DNA from: the human T2T-CHM13v2.0 reference genome, Homo sapiens
Assembly (NCBI RefSeq): GCF_009914755.1
Contig: NC_060935.1
Reading direction: 5' to 3' (one strand)
Length of the DNA: 64,000 nucleotides
In this document: positions 1-21,561 of the stretch, piece by piece
Layout of the letters: each line of letters begins with the position of its first letter
How positions within the stretch are numbered: the stretch's first letter is position 1
Translations under genes and position numbers: made by a program
Notes under the pieces: model-generated
Told to the model about the DNA's origin: nothing
The model's input: the letters and a program-made list of their open reading frames with translations, nothing else
The model's database searches: none

Positions 1-950
1 TCAGATACAGATTGTACAACACAGAAATGCTTTCCCGAAGCAGGATAAAAAAGTCAGAAACAACATAAAGCAATTCCTAGCTAACAACAAATTTTAATAG
101 GCAGGAAAATCTGTATCATTAGAATGAGTAAAATAAAAGTTGTACGCAGAATAGTAAGGCAGAGTAAGCTCACTCTCCAGGAGGTTAATTAATATTCATC
201 CACGGGCATGAGACCACTTATCATCTACCTAGAGGATTAATGTGTGTGTACAATATGAGATTTACTTTGTCTTAAACTGAAGACTGAAACTGTCTTTAGT
301 ACAAGGACTAATTTATGTATTTTTCAAGCATGTATTTCCCAAAACTGAGATGGGCTCTATGATCTGTTAAAGTATTAAAATCTCTACAGAATAATGGCAG
401 TTATCATGTACTACAGTAAAAAAGAAAGGGTAATGGCATGTCAAGAATAGTCTAGAATCCAAGAGATTAAGCAAAAATAAAATATTGCAGGCACAGAGTT
501 TGTCACTGTTTTTGTCTCAGAGAAGATTTGGGGAGGATGTGAAATATGTAGAGATGCATACTTGAACATAAACACAGAATCAGGGTCAAAGGAGATTAGA
601 AAATGTTCCATTCCCATCCATTTTAATTAACACCTAAAGAATAATTTTATTATAATGCAAATTTCCTCTCTCATGGCTGTCATCGGTTCAAACTCAATTT
701 GTTAAAATCTTCAAACACTATAAAGAGGCAAAATACAAGTACTGAAGAGATTAAGGTGCATGGTTCTCTGATACTACAGATGAAAAAAATGCCATTTAGA
801 AAAGTATACAGAGACAATAACATGTATATTATTTCCTATTTTATCTAAATTATCTTTAATGAAAATAGGTTATCAAAGTAAGTGAATCTGTTTTAAAATA
901 TTTGCATTTTAATTAGTTAAGGAGTGAAAAAGTGCCATATAAGATTTTAC

Positions 951-1053
951 CGTAGTCTCTGGATATTGGAGGCAACACCAGAAAGGCGATAGATTCCATC
1001 CACGATGCCATATCTCTCAATGAATGCTGTGCAGCTTTGAAGAACCTGCGGCA
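951..1053 (-). CDS. ARHGAP32: ARHGAP32 coding exon (103 nt), N-terminal RhoGAP domain with catalytic arginine finger
   Basis: Acceptor tctttag|TG at 1055-1054; donor ACG|gtaaaa at 950-949. Translates (V)PQVLQSCTAFIERYGIVDGIYRLSGVASNIQRL(R). The Arg-finger codon CGC is at 988-986. Confidence 0.96.
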
Positions 1054-2429
1054 CTAAAGAGAATTTGTAAAGAAACAGATGAAATTGTAGTATTCACTGG
1101 AACCAAAGTTGCCAAAAAATAAGATTGTCTTAGTTTACAAAAGTAAAATAAAATTTGTAAATTAAAGTTAAAAGGAGCAAAAATTAATCCACTACAAAAA
1201 ATGATGAGGGTATATTTATTTAATTGCCCACCTAAATTAGATAACTAATTCCTGAATAATCAAGACTGGTTCTATGTCATGATATTTAAGTGAGTAAGAG
1301 AGTTCATACATTATTAGGACAGTCTTTCTTCTGCAGTAGACTCATTTAGATCATGTTACAGTTACACATTACAGCAAAGTGAACTGTTTAGTCCTAACAC
1401 CATGCCAGATTTTTAAGAAATACAGCTGTTCAGCTGACTTTCATATATAGCAAATGAATATATAAAGTTAAATGCTTGTCCCAACAACATAATTACTTGT
1501 AAGTGCTACAAAGTTTTGCTTCTAGAAAAGGATCTTCTATATTTTCATAGTTAATGCAAATTCTGACTTTATTCAATCAACAAAACACCAATATAATGCA
1601 AAGCCCAAGGCAATTTCAAACAGATGGAATCTTGTAATTTCCTGGCCATATTTACATTAACTTTATTGACATTTTGACTTTATATTATCAGCTTGTAATA
1701 CAGGGCACTCTCTCTGGTTAGCTCTATGAATATACACTGGACAGCTATGCTGGGGCATGCAGTATAAAACAGAATTTTCAAAATATATGATAAAGCATTT
1801 TATAACCATTCAAACATTTACAGCAGCTGAGAATTTAACAATAGTTGTTTTGCAATGCAGATTGATGAGTTTACAGACTTTAGTATGATCATTTGATAGG
1901 GTTAATTAAAATCCTTGAAAAGAAATGCTTGGAAAATTTGGTCTGCAAAGAGCTACTATACTAGAGATGAAACATTCAGAGTGGCAAATGAAACAAATAA
2001 GGCATTTTAATAAGATAATTTTAGTGAATGTATTTCATTAACAGTATATTGTCATTCCTTTATTATTATAACCAACTTTTCCTTGGTTTTCCTGACTTTT
2101 ATTGTCCTTCATGCAATCCATCTTTAAATTCTGTCAGATCCTATAACAACATTTAAAACTTAACCTCATCTTTGATTAAAAAAATCAAAAAACAAAAACC
2201 AGCAGCTGATAGTATTAAGTACTAAATATATGCCAGGCTAAGTACTTTACAATGCATACTCTCTGATTTTCAGAGATATCCTACAAGGAAAGTACTATAT
2301 ATTCCCAATTTTTACAGAGAAGAAATTGTATCTTAGAGAGAGTAAGTTTTACCCAAGGGCAGGCAGGAAACACTGGCAGAAGTGAGAGATTCCAACTCAG
2401 GCAGTCCAAGTACAGAGCCAATGCTTTTG

Positions 2430-2439
2430 TTTTGTTTTT

Positions 2440-2490
<51 letters not shown>

Positions 2491-2884
2491 TATATCTTTT
2501 TTTATTATACTTTAAGTTCTGGGGTACATGTGCAGAATGTGCAGTTTTGTTACGTAAGTATACACATGCCATGGTGGTTTGCTGCACCCATCAACCCATC
2601 ATCTACATTGAGTATTTCTCCTAATGTTATCCCTCCCCTAGCCCCCCAACCCCCCGAGAGGCCCTGGTGTGTGATGTTCCCCTCCCTATTCCATGTGTTC
2701 TCATTGTTCAACTCCCACTTATGAGTGAGAACATGTGGTGTTTGGTTTTCTGTTCTTGTGATAGTTTGCTGAGAATGATGGCTTCCAACTTCATCCATGT
2801 CCCTGCAAAGGACATGAACTCATCCTTTTTTATGGCTGCATAGTATTCCATGGTATATATGTGCCACATTTTTCTTTATCCAGT
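2430..2884 (-). mobile_element. 5'-truncated L1PA 3' end with composite tail
   Basis: L1PA 3'UTR (ttattatactttaagttctggggtacatgtgcag...) at about 2497-2884; 17-bp TSD cagagccaatgcttttg at 2413-2429 and 2885-2901. Confidence 0.92.
2445..2486. repeat. (CA)21 microsatellite
   Basis: Perfect CA run read directly. Confidence 0.97.
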
Positions 2885-5355
2885 CAGAGCCAATGCTTTT
2901 GACTACTGCAATATACTGCCTGGCAGAGAAGGCCTTTCATAATTTACATTTAATTATTATTGTATTTCCATATTCCACAACCCTAGGCCAAGTGAAGTGT
3001 TACCTTTTGCCATACAAACCAACCATGCTATGACTTCTTCACAAAACAATTTCCTCTAGCTGGACTCTCTCCCATAACGCTCTTCGTATAGAAAAAATTC
3101 TTGGCTATTGTTCAAAATCCAGGTAAACTATCACTCTTTAGCGAGCCTTCATTGAATACCCACAAGTAGAGGTGGCTGAGCACTGTGTTCTATGTGCTCA
3201 TAGAAAAATATTTCAAAATTATCATTTATTTGTTCATACAACTATTACCCTTTTCTGACTGTGGGCTCTTCAAGAGCAAAACCATGCATCGTCCATCTTT
3301 GTATATTTAAAACTCAGGAACACCGTCCTGACACAATGTATAAAATTAGCAAGTGAATTAATTTACCAGTGCCCTGAGAGCCTGAAATGGTCATTATCTG
3401 GTCAAGTTAGCAGGGAAGGAACCTTAGTTTTCATATGAATACATTTTCAACTACATGCTTTCTACCTCTAAAAATATTCAAGACTTTCAGTAACAAGAAA
3501 AGGTTATGGTTATGTAGTAAAGATGAAGGGCAGGTAGAATTGCTGGGTACTTCTTGTGGATTTAATTGATATTAGAAGCAACCTCTGTGTCGAAATGATA
3601 TGCAAAATACATAGCATCTTTATAAAAGCTTGGGTTCTATTTCTCACATTGTCCCACCAATGATAAACTTGGTGTCTTAGGTTTCAATTCTAAAAACTGG
3701 AAGTGGAATAATAAAATTTGGGGCTACAAAATTTCAGTCTTCTGCTTCAAAGGGAATGTATTTAGAGATTACTGGGATAATTAACATCATTACTTAGGAA
3801 AATAGTTAAAATTCTTTCCTGTAAAGCACTGAGAAGATGCTTCTCATTATATATGCTCCAAATGAGCATGCTGATTCACCCAGGTACACAAAAGGTTTGT
3901 CTTCAAGAAAAACCCTTCAGAGCACAGTATTTTATTTCCATATTATCAGGCTCTCCGAGCACACATAAATTTTTCATAAAAATAAGCTACCATTTATAAA
4001 AAAAGTATCGGTAATTTTCATTGGATGTGTATATCTGTGTGTTATTAGATTCATATCTGTTTATTCTTCTAAATAAGTAGGAAAACATTGAAAATATGGA
4101 GAATTAGAGGTCTTTTCCTGATAATATGTCCAAGTCTCTACACACGTAATACTTCATGGCAAGCATCTGAATCGTTTTCTTATATTTTGTGTTCCCTGAG
4201 TAGAAGGACTGAATGTCTACACAAAAATCACATAATGAGCTTAATAAATAAAATTACATAACTATTACTTATAAGTTTAAGGGAAACAAATGAGTCATTT
4301 AATACAAATAGGTGGCAAAATGAAAGAAAAGCATAAACTTGAATCTTGAAGAAAAGGAGCAAAAACTGAAAAACAATGTCAGAAGAAAAAAGAAGAAAAG
4401 ATCTGTTTTATTTTTTCACGAAAGAGTAGGAAAGCAATATAAGAAATCCAATATATTTTGTAAAAAAAATCCTAGTTTTAAAAAAAGGCTATTTACTAGC
4501 TACCCCCAAACCATCTAACAAACCAGCCAAATGCACAGCGAATAATGACCCAGTCAAAATATAACATTAGAAACCTCCAAAATGCTTCCTCCAAAAGACG
4601 GTATGACTTTCAGAATCATTCCCACATTCTCCACATAATACACTTCTGATTTACTTTGATTTTACATTCTTAGTTTTTAAAATATCATCATACGACAACA
4701 GAATAAGAAGTACATATTTAAATTAAAATCGATGATCCTTTAGATTAGAATATGGCTAAAAGAAGTAGGAAGTAAGTATGACAAGAATTGATCTTTGATT
4801 TTTTTTTCTTGACAGTTTTGGTTTCGTTTCTGCTCTTTTCTCTTCATTCATTCACTCGCTCACTCACTCATCAATCATGTATTTATTAAGTCTCTTCTAT
4901 TTTCCAGGCATCATGAAAGCATTACAGATACAGACGAAAAAGCTGAGTTCCAGTTTCAGGGAGATGGTTTCCAGGCTAAAGGGACATGAGTACAGTGTGA
5001 CTTATTAGAATGTGCATCATGATTCTACCTAATATGACTACCAAAAGGATTAATTTCTGGTGTTATCTGGGCCTTGCTTTTTCCTACTGTGCTCTCATTT
5101 AAAGTTTTGTGCATATCATACAACACAGAAATATGTTCAGGCAACAGAGAGTCCTCTCCGAGGGTTTCAAAATATTTGTAATATTTTGTACCAAACATAA
5201 TTTTACCTAGTTTTCTATAAAACTCTCACTATTTTGTTTTAGTGATCTCAATTCAAACTTTTAATGAAATTCAGTTTTAAATATGTACACCAAAAAAAAA
5301 TACTAACTCTTATGAAAAAAATCAATGATACCAGAAAAAGAAATTAACGTCACAT

Positions 5356-5390
5356 CACCACCACCACCACCACCACCAACAACAACACAA
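5356..5390. repeat. (CCA)n/(CAA)n trinucleotide tract
   Basis: caccaccaccaccaccaccaccaacaacaac. Confidence 0.8.
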
Positions 5391-5423
5391 CATTTTAAAG
5401 CTATAGATAAGGATGCCAAAGTA

Positions 5424-5767
<344 letters not shown>

Positions 5768-6169
5768 CTATGCTCAAAAAAAGTACTATGTGGGCAGATT
5801 TTTATTTACTTCTTTTGTGGGCAGATTTTTAAACAATCAGTTCTACAAATAACTGTGATATAATGTTTAATACACTCAATTATAAACACCGGTTTGTGAT
5901 AGCTAAAACTCTATGATAATCCTGATTGAACAGCAGGGACCACACATAAAAGAATAAAAAGACAACTGCCTTGTCAGGCTCCTATGTGATTTCTTACAAC
6001 ACTTTGTACAGAAGACACAGGTCAAGTTTGTCACTTGCTCCAACAGAGAGGTACTCAGAAGTTTAGAAAGTATAATAAGATAATCTCCCTATAAAGCTGA
6101 TTTTTCACTAGGAAATATTCAGAGAATTAACCATTTAGCAAAACAAAATTTAAAAAAAATTTTTATTTT

Positions 6170-6269
6170 ATATGGAATGCTTCACGAATTTGTGTGTCAT
6201 TTTTGTGCAGGGGTCACACTTATCTCTGTATTGTTCAAATTTTAGTATATGTGCTGTCGAAGCAAGCAC
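6170..6269 (-). pseudogene. U6 snRNA retropseudogene
   Basis: Reverse complement GTGCTTGCTTCGACAGCACATATACTAAAATTTGAACAATACAGAGATAAGTGTGACCCCTGCACAAAAATGACACACAAATTCGTGAAGCATTCCATAT matches U6 end to end. It is followed by an A-rich tail instead of a U tract and carries many substitutions. Confidence 0.93.
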
Positions 6270-6627
6270 ATAAAACGTAATTTTGATACGAGCTTCCTTC
6301 TCAGAAAAATCTAGTGCAAGGTTAATTTTATTTAGGGTAAAGACACTATATTAAAGTCTAAACTTTGAGAAAGAACAATTATATATGATATATATCAATA
6401 TTATATATACTGTATGTGTCTCATCTCTCCTCACAATTATGTATATAATATATAATCATTTTTTCTTCATTTTATTCTAATTATTTTAGAGTTTAAAATA
6501 TATAATCAATTCTCATTGTTTTAATTTAGACTTTAAAATAGTCTCTATATATATTTGTATGTGTAAATATATACACACATATGATATAACTGTGGTTATA
6601 GGTCATGGACAATACATATGAAGTCTT

Positions 6628-7548
<921 letters not shown>

Positions 7549-8136
7549 CCTATGAAGTCTTAAAATCTGAAAAAACTGAAATTCCTCACATATTCATTAA
7601 ATCAAAGACAAACTACTAAATCACTCAGCTATTAAAAAACCATTTTATTTCCTAATTTTTAGTTAATAAACTTCAAAGGTTTCCCTTCTCCTGCTAATTT
7701 AGGCTTCATTTGAATGTTCAAATGAATATCCTTCTTATGAATATTTATTCATTTCTTACCAACCCTGATGAAACAGAAAATTATTTTAATATGCCAAGTA
7801 TAATATATCTGGCCTTGGTCTTTGAGGTTTCTAGCTCCTAAAGTTTACTGAATTTCAATTACACTTTAAGGTCACAAGTTAATTTTTTTTCTAGTCATTT
7901 GAGTTTAACTTGGCAAAGAGGGATTAATCTTCCAGGATTATTAAATTCATTTCTAATATTCCTCTAATTTTTTTAATTGAAAAAGCAAGACAACTAAGAA
8001 AAAAAAATCTCAACAATATTCTCTAATACTTTAATTATATTCATTTCTCATATCACCTAAGTATCCAGACTTTCAAAAGTTGTATCTACCATTTATAGAT
8101 AATATTTTTCAGGTTCCTACACTGTATTCAAACTTA

Positions 8137-8437
8137 TTTTATTTATTTATTTAGAGACAGGGTTTTGCCTTGTTGCCCAGGCTGGAATGCAGTGGCAAGA
8201 TGATAGCTTACTGTAGTCTCCAACTCCTGGGGTCCAGCAATCCCCCGACCTCAGCCTCCAAACTAGCTAGAAGTATGGGTGTGTGCCACCATGCCCAGCT
8301 CGTTTTGTATTTTTTTCTGTATAAATGGGGTTTTGCTATATGCTGCCCAGGCTGGTGTAAACTCCTGGCCTCCAGCGATCCTCCTACCTTGGCCTCCCAA
8401 AATACTAGGATTACAAGCATAAGCCATCTCACACAGC
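8137..8437 (-). mobile_element. AluJ-like
   Basis: Diverged dimer with (TTTA)n tail; TSD tcaaactta at 8128-8136 and 8438-8446. Confidence 0.92.
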
Positions 8438-8485
8438 TCAAACTTAAAATTTTTAACAGCTTCAACATTTATAGAACATTCCCCT

Positions 8486-8772
8486 GTATGGGTGTGGTGG
8501 CTCACGCCTGTAATCCCAGCACTTTGGGAGGCCAAGGTGGGTGGATTGCTTGAGTCCAGGAGTTCGAGATCAGCCTGGCCAACATGGCAAAATCCCACCT
8601 CTACAAAAAATACAAAAATTAGCTGGGTGTGGTGGTGCATGCCTATAGTCCCAGCTATTCAGGAAGCTGAGGCAGGAGGACAGCTTGAGCCCAGGAGGCA
8701 GAGGTTGCAGTGAGCTGCGATTGGGCCACTGCACTCCAGCCTGGATGACAGAGTGAAACCCCATCTCAAAAA
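8486..8772 (+). mobile_element. Alu (J/early S)
   Basis: Full dimer; TSD agaacattc at 8473 and 8773. Confidence 0.93.
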
Positions 8773-9700
8773 AGAACATTCTCCCAAAGTTGGGTATTTC
8801 GTTTTCTTTGTTCTCATACATTATGCTATGATGAACACTTTTATTTCTATTTAATTATAACATTAAGATAAGTCCCTAAGGATGGATTCATTAGATGAAA
8901 GGAACACTATAAAGTGTCTTGCTATGAAATGTCAAATGTTTTCCAAAAAGGTAGTGCTAACTCAGAACCTTCTGAAACCAACGATTCTGAACCTATTGGT
9001 AAAAATCACTACTATATTTATGGCACTGGATATCATAATTTAGAAAAATAGCTTTGTTATTTTAATATTTACCAAAGTAAAATGGTATTTCAAAATCGCC
9101 TAAAGATACATTTCCATGATTACAAATAAGGATAAACATTTTTCTGTATTTTGTTTATTATTTATAGCCCTGTGACAGTTTAATGTTTGTATCTATTCTC
9201 CATTCTTTTACTCAGTAATTAAAATTAATTTTCTAAAAAGTCTGAAATGATATTCTCATACACTGTAATAGCAGCATTTCATCATATCCAAAAAATGATT
9301 ATATTTCCTTGTCTATGGTACCTCTCCCTCTACACTGTTATTTTTCATTATATGAAAAGTATATATATATTTAAGTCATCTCTTTATGTTTTTTGTTTAA
9401 ATCTGAGAAAGCTATTATTTATTTTATCTCAAAACAAAATCAATTCACATTGGCAATTTTGTAAGTTTAAAATGGTTAACTTATACATTTGAAGTTTATA
9501 TTCAGTATGATGAAGTGTGAATTTTTTTCAAAACTGCTATTTAATTATCTCAGTATGTATTATAAATAGCTCTTCCATGTGACATGGTTCTAAAACCATA
9601 CTTTTTTCTCACAATGGATTCTTATGTACAGTAAGAACTATTTCTGAACACTGTAAGCTGTTTCACTCACATTTCATTCTCAGCACAAAACTCTGCCTTT

Positions 9701-10002
9701 AAAAAGAAAATTTTTTTTTTTTTGAGACAAGGTCTTGCTCCGTCGCCCAGGCTGGAGTGCAGTGGCGTGAAATCAGCTTACCGACCCCCACCTCCCAAGC
9801 TCAGATGATTCTCCCACCTTGGCCTCTCAAGTAACTGGGATTACAGGTGCGTACTACTATGCTGGCTAATTTCTGTATTTTTCGTAGAGACCAGGTCTTG
9901 CCATGTTGTGTAGGCTGATCTCGAACTCCTAGGCGCAAGCTATCTGCCTGCCTCAGACTCCCAAAGTGCTGGGATTGCAGACGTGAGCTACTGCACCCAG
10001 TG
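9701..10002 (-). mobile_element. AluJ-like
   Basis: Dimer with poly-T; TSD aaaactctgc at 9687-9696 and 10003-10012. Confidence 0.92.
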
Positions 10003-10651
10003 AAAACTCTGCTTTTCTAGTTTTGAATATTGTTTTAATATATAGTAAAACTAGATGTCTCCCATCCTATTACTGATTTTTTTCTTTGACATTCTCACTG
10101 GTTGAGTTTTCCATGTGCATTTAGTTGCAAAAGTAATCCTCAGGGGTTTTTTTTGTTTTTGTTTTTTTAGGGATCTGCATTAAGTTGGTATTAATTTGGG
10201 AATAACATCTGTTTGAAATAACATTTTGTCTACTCTCTCAAGAAACATGGTACAGTTTGCATTAAATTCCTAAGTCCACTGATATTCTTTAAACAATGAG
10301 CAAGACCTTAATTTGAACTTGATACTATCAACTCAGTATTATTATTATTACTTTACCATTGTTTTTCACTAATGGTCTTCTCAAAAGGCACAATGGGTAT
10401 TTCCCATACTAATTTGGAATTTCACAATCACCTATTTCTGGTACTTAGCAACATCACAGGTAGATCCTGCCTTCATCTTCTGGCATTTCTGAAAGAGATG
10501 CTAGAGGAAAGTGCTATTTTTAAATATAAAAGGAAAACTCCTTTTTTTCTTTCCCTCCTATCCATCCCCCCATCCAACAACTAAATTCTTGATTCATAAT
10601 TTAATTTATAAAGAAAGGAATATAGATTCCTATAAAAAATAAAATACAGAT

Positions 10652-10834
10652 TCTCTACAAAAGTAAAATGAAAAATAAAAATTAGCCAGGTGTGGTGGCA
10701 CATGCCTGTAGTCCCAGTACTCTGGGAGGACTGCCTGAGCCCAGGAATTCAAGGCTGCAGTCGGCTATGATCACGCCACTGCACTCCAGCGTGGGCAACA
10801 AATCAAGGCCCTGTCTCTTTAAAAACAAAAAAAA
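10652..10834 (+). mobile_element. 5'-truncated AluJ (linker plus right arm)
   Basis: tctctacaaaa...aaattagccaggtgtggtggcacatgcctgtagtccca...ctgtctct followed by an A tail. Confidence 0.85.
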
Positions 10835-11241
10835 TTGGAAGATTGATTTTGGCATTTTATGTCTCAAAACTCTGACAGTTTTTTTCCATAAGAAGAATTA
10901 GATAAATATTTTAGGATAAAATGTGGGTGGCAAAACTGGCTGAAGAAGCTATCTAGGGAGAAATAGAAACTCAGGCAAAATAACAGGGTGGTTGTAATAT
11001 ATTTTGTGTGAATGTCCTACTCTTCCCGAATAGAACACGAACATCTCTAATGCCAAAGTGCATTCTTAGACTTTTCATTCTCAGCTCCATCCAGAACTGA
11101 GTACCTGAGAAAGCTTAATACATGCATTGAACTGAAATGAAACAGGTATCATTTGACTAAATCTACTCCATAATTGGTTATAGCAAACCAATATGGAGAG
11201 GTCAGAAACTCAGAGTATAAGCTTGCACATTTTATTTTTAC

Positions 11242-11391
11242 CTTCAAAACCAGAATTTAGAAGGTGCTCCCCCAGGTCACAACCAAACACCCTCTCTTTC
11301 AAGATTCCCCGCTGCTTCAGCTTCTGTTTTGTTGGACGAGACTTCATGAATGTTCGTAAGAACGTAATGAGCTTGCCGTGCTTTTTAGACA
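11242..11391 (-). CDS. ARHGAP32: ARHGAP32 coding exon (150 nt, phase 1-1); polybasic linker containing ATG 11347 of the short isoform (MKSRPTK...)
   Basis: Acceptor tttttag|TG at 11393-11392; donor AAG|gtaaaa at 11241-11240. Translates (V)SKKHGKLITFLRTFMKSRPTKQKLKQRGILKERVFGCDLGEHLLNSGFE, including the VFGxxL motif that precedes RhoGAP domains. Confidence 0.96.
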
Positions 11392-11589
11392 CTAAAAATC
11401 AATAAAGAGAAAAGATCTTAGTTGTGGCAAGAGGTTACATTTTACTTAGCATAAAAACAAACATATCTCAAGAGGCTGACAGCAAAATAATCTATTATGA
11501 ATATACTTTATAATCTTTAGGAAAATGTCAGTACAAGTTTAAGCTAAGAGTTGTGTTATAAATAACATCATAATTTTGTACTTTCTTTT

Positions 11590-12670
11590 TGTTGCAGGAA
11601 GTCAGGGACCTTGAATGGAGGGACTGGCTGAAGCCATGGCAGAAGAACATAAATTGTGAAGATTTCATGGGCATTTATTAGTTCCCCAAATTAATACTTT
11701 TATAATTTCTTATGCCTGTCTTTACTGCAATCTCTGAACGTAAATTGTGAAGATTTCGTGGACATTTATCACTTCCCCAATCAATACTCTTGTGGTTTCC
11801 TATGCCTGTCTTTAATCTCTTAATCCCATCATCTTTGTAAACTGAGGATGTATGTCACCTCAGGACCCTGTGATGATTGTGTTAACTGCACAAATTGTTT
11901 GTAAAACATGTGTGTATGAACAATATGAAATCTGGGCATCCAAAAAGAACAGGATAACTGCAATTTTCAGGGAACAAGGGAGATAACCATAAGGCCTGAC
12001 TGCCTGTGGGGCCGGGCAGAACAGAGTCATATTTCTCTTCTTGCAAAAGCGAATAGGAGAAATATCGCTGAATTCTTTTTCTCAGCAAGGAACAGCCCTG
12101 GGAAAGAGAATGCATTCCCAGGGGGAGGTCTCTAACATGGCCGCTCTGGGAGTGTCTGTCTTATGCAGTTGTAGATAAGGGATGAAATACGCCCTGGTCT
12201 CCTGCGGTGCCCCCAGGCTTACTAGGATTAGGAAATTCCTGCCTAGTAAATTTTAGTCAGACCGGTTCCCTGCTCTTGAACCCTGTTTCCTGTTAAAATG
12301 TTTATCAATGACAATGCATGCACAGCGGGACATGAAATTTTATCAGCAATTCTAATTTCGCCCTGGTCCTGTGATCTCGCTCTGCCCCCATTTGCCTTGT
12401 GATGTTTTATTGCCTTGTGAAGCATGTGATCTCTGTGACCCACACCCTATTCGTAAACACCCTCCCCTTTGAAAATTGCTAATAAAAACTTGCTGGTTTT
12501 GCAGCTCAGGGAGCATCACGGAACCTGCCGACATGTGATGTCTCCCCCAGACACCCAGCTTTAAAATTTGTCTCTTTTGTACTCTTTCCCTTTATTTCTT
12601 AGACCAGCCGACACTTTGGGAAAATAGAAAAGAACCTACATTAAAATACTGGGGGCTGGTTCCCCCGATA
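11590..12670 (+). mobile_element. MER11 solo LTR (HERV-K11/HML-8)
   Basis: Starts TGTTGCAGGAAGTCAGGGACC and ends GGGGGCTGGTTCCCCCGATA. Has the characteristic internal ~90-bp duplication and AATAAA at 12481. Near-TSD tctttt/tcttct. Confidence 0.9.
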
Positions 12671-13404
12671 TCTTCTCACCACCTTACCTTATGAGACTGT
12701 CAGCAAATTTAAATGTTGTAACCCATGACGTTTGAATCAAGCTTGGTAAACCAGTCATCTTCCCAATGCATACTTAAGGATGTTACAGGATTATAAGAGG
12801 AACCTGAGTTTTACTGTAATATATTACTTTGGAGATCTTTATAATAAGTAAGACTTAAAATGGTGTAAAAGCAGTTTGCATTTCTTGTCAATTTTTAAAT
12901 TATTTTACTTGATGGTTAGAAATTTTCGTAGCACTTGTAATCTGTTGAATATAACTGAAAAAAGAAAACTCTTTCTCATTTTGCAAAGAGGACAATCCCA
13001 TAATGACACAGAACACACTTGTCAACCTAATGGCTATATAAATACAAAACACACACCCACACAAGCATCAGATAGTCCATTAACATTCGTCTATAATATA
13101 CTAAGTACATCATCTTAAATCCTTTATAGATCAAGGAAAAAGGTGAGTAAATTAATATTTGAAAAAATAATTCCACCGACTGATACATTAGAAAGACAAC
13201 TAAAAAAACTGAAAGTAAATCCCTTAAAAATGACTTTTGCTGAGAAGTGCAGCTTATAGGGATAATTATGCTAAAAGTCAACATACAACAATATCATGAG
13301 CTCAAAGATTAGCTGTTAGATAGAAGACTAAGCCAGATGGCCTAAATCCCCCTACTAAGTTTGCAGATGATTACTGAGAGTCTTACTGAAGCCTACTATA
13401 CATT

Positions 13405-21237
<7,833 letters not shown>

Positions 21238-21446
21238 CCTATTATACAGTAGTGAGTGAATCCAAACCTTAACATTCCTGAACAGATGAAGACTCCTGAG
21301 GGAACCTTGTGTGCCTAGAGTAACTTATGGCCTAGATAGAACACTAGATGGGCTATTCTACACAAGATTAGACATCTGCCATCCATTTCTTTTCATTTTA
21401 TGGAAAACATTATTTACAGACATTAGTGTCTTTTTTATAGACTACA

Positions 21447-21561
21447 CAAGGTGACCAACCATCCTGGTTAGTCCATGACTGACAAGTTTCCTGAGACATG
21501 GAACTTTCCAGGCTAAAACCAGTAAAAGTCTTGGACAAAGTAAAACAAAGCAGTTATTCTA
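21447..21561 (+). mobile_element. MER81-like hAT (Blackjack) MITE
   Basis: caaggtgaccaaccatcctggtt...ggaactttccaggctaaaacc...gttattcta matches the recalled MER81 layout with decayed terminal inverted repeats (TIRs). Confidence 0.65.

Larger units (their letters stand above)
2205..2921 (-). mobile_element. MIR SINE, interrupted by an L1 insertion
   Basis: Reverse MIR core (attcccaatttttacagagaagaaattg...gtaagttttacccaagg) at 2205-2429, resuming after the L1 target-site duplication (TSD) at 2902-2921. Confidence 0.65.

Noticed and set aside
2281-2798. ORFs with CVCVCV/HTHTHT runs
   Set aside because: Translations of the (CA)n microsatellite and L1 3'UTR.
11210-11392. ORF-track call as a standalone 60-aa protein
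   Set aside because: It is the ARHGAP32 exon read from the acceptor G and through the donor (GKNKMCKLIL is intronic); the true exon is 11242-11391.
11645-11815. ~90-bp tandem duplication
   Set aside because: Intrinsic feature of the MER11 consensus, not locus-specific.
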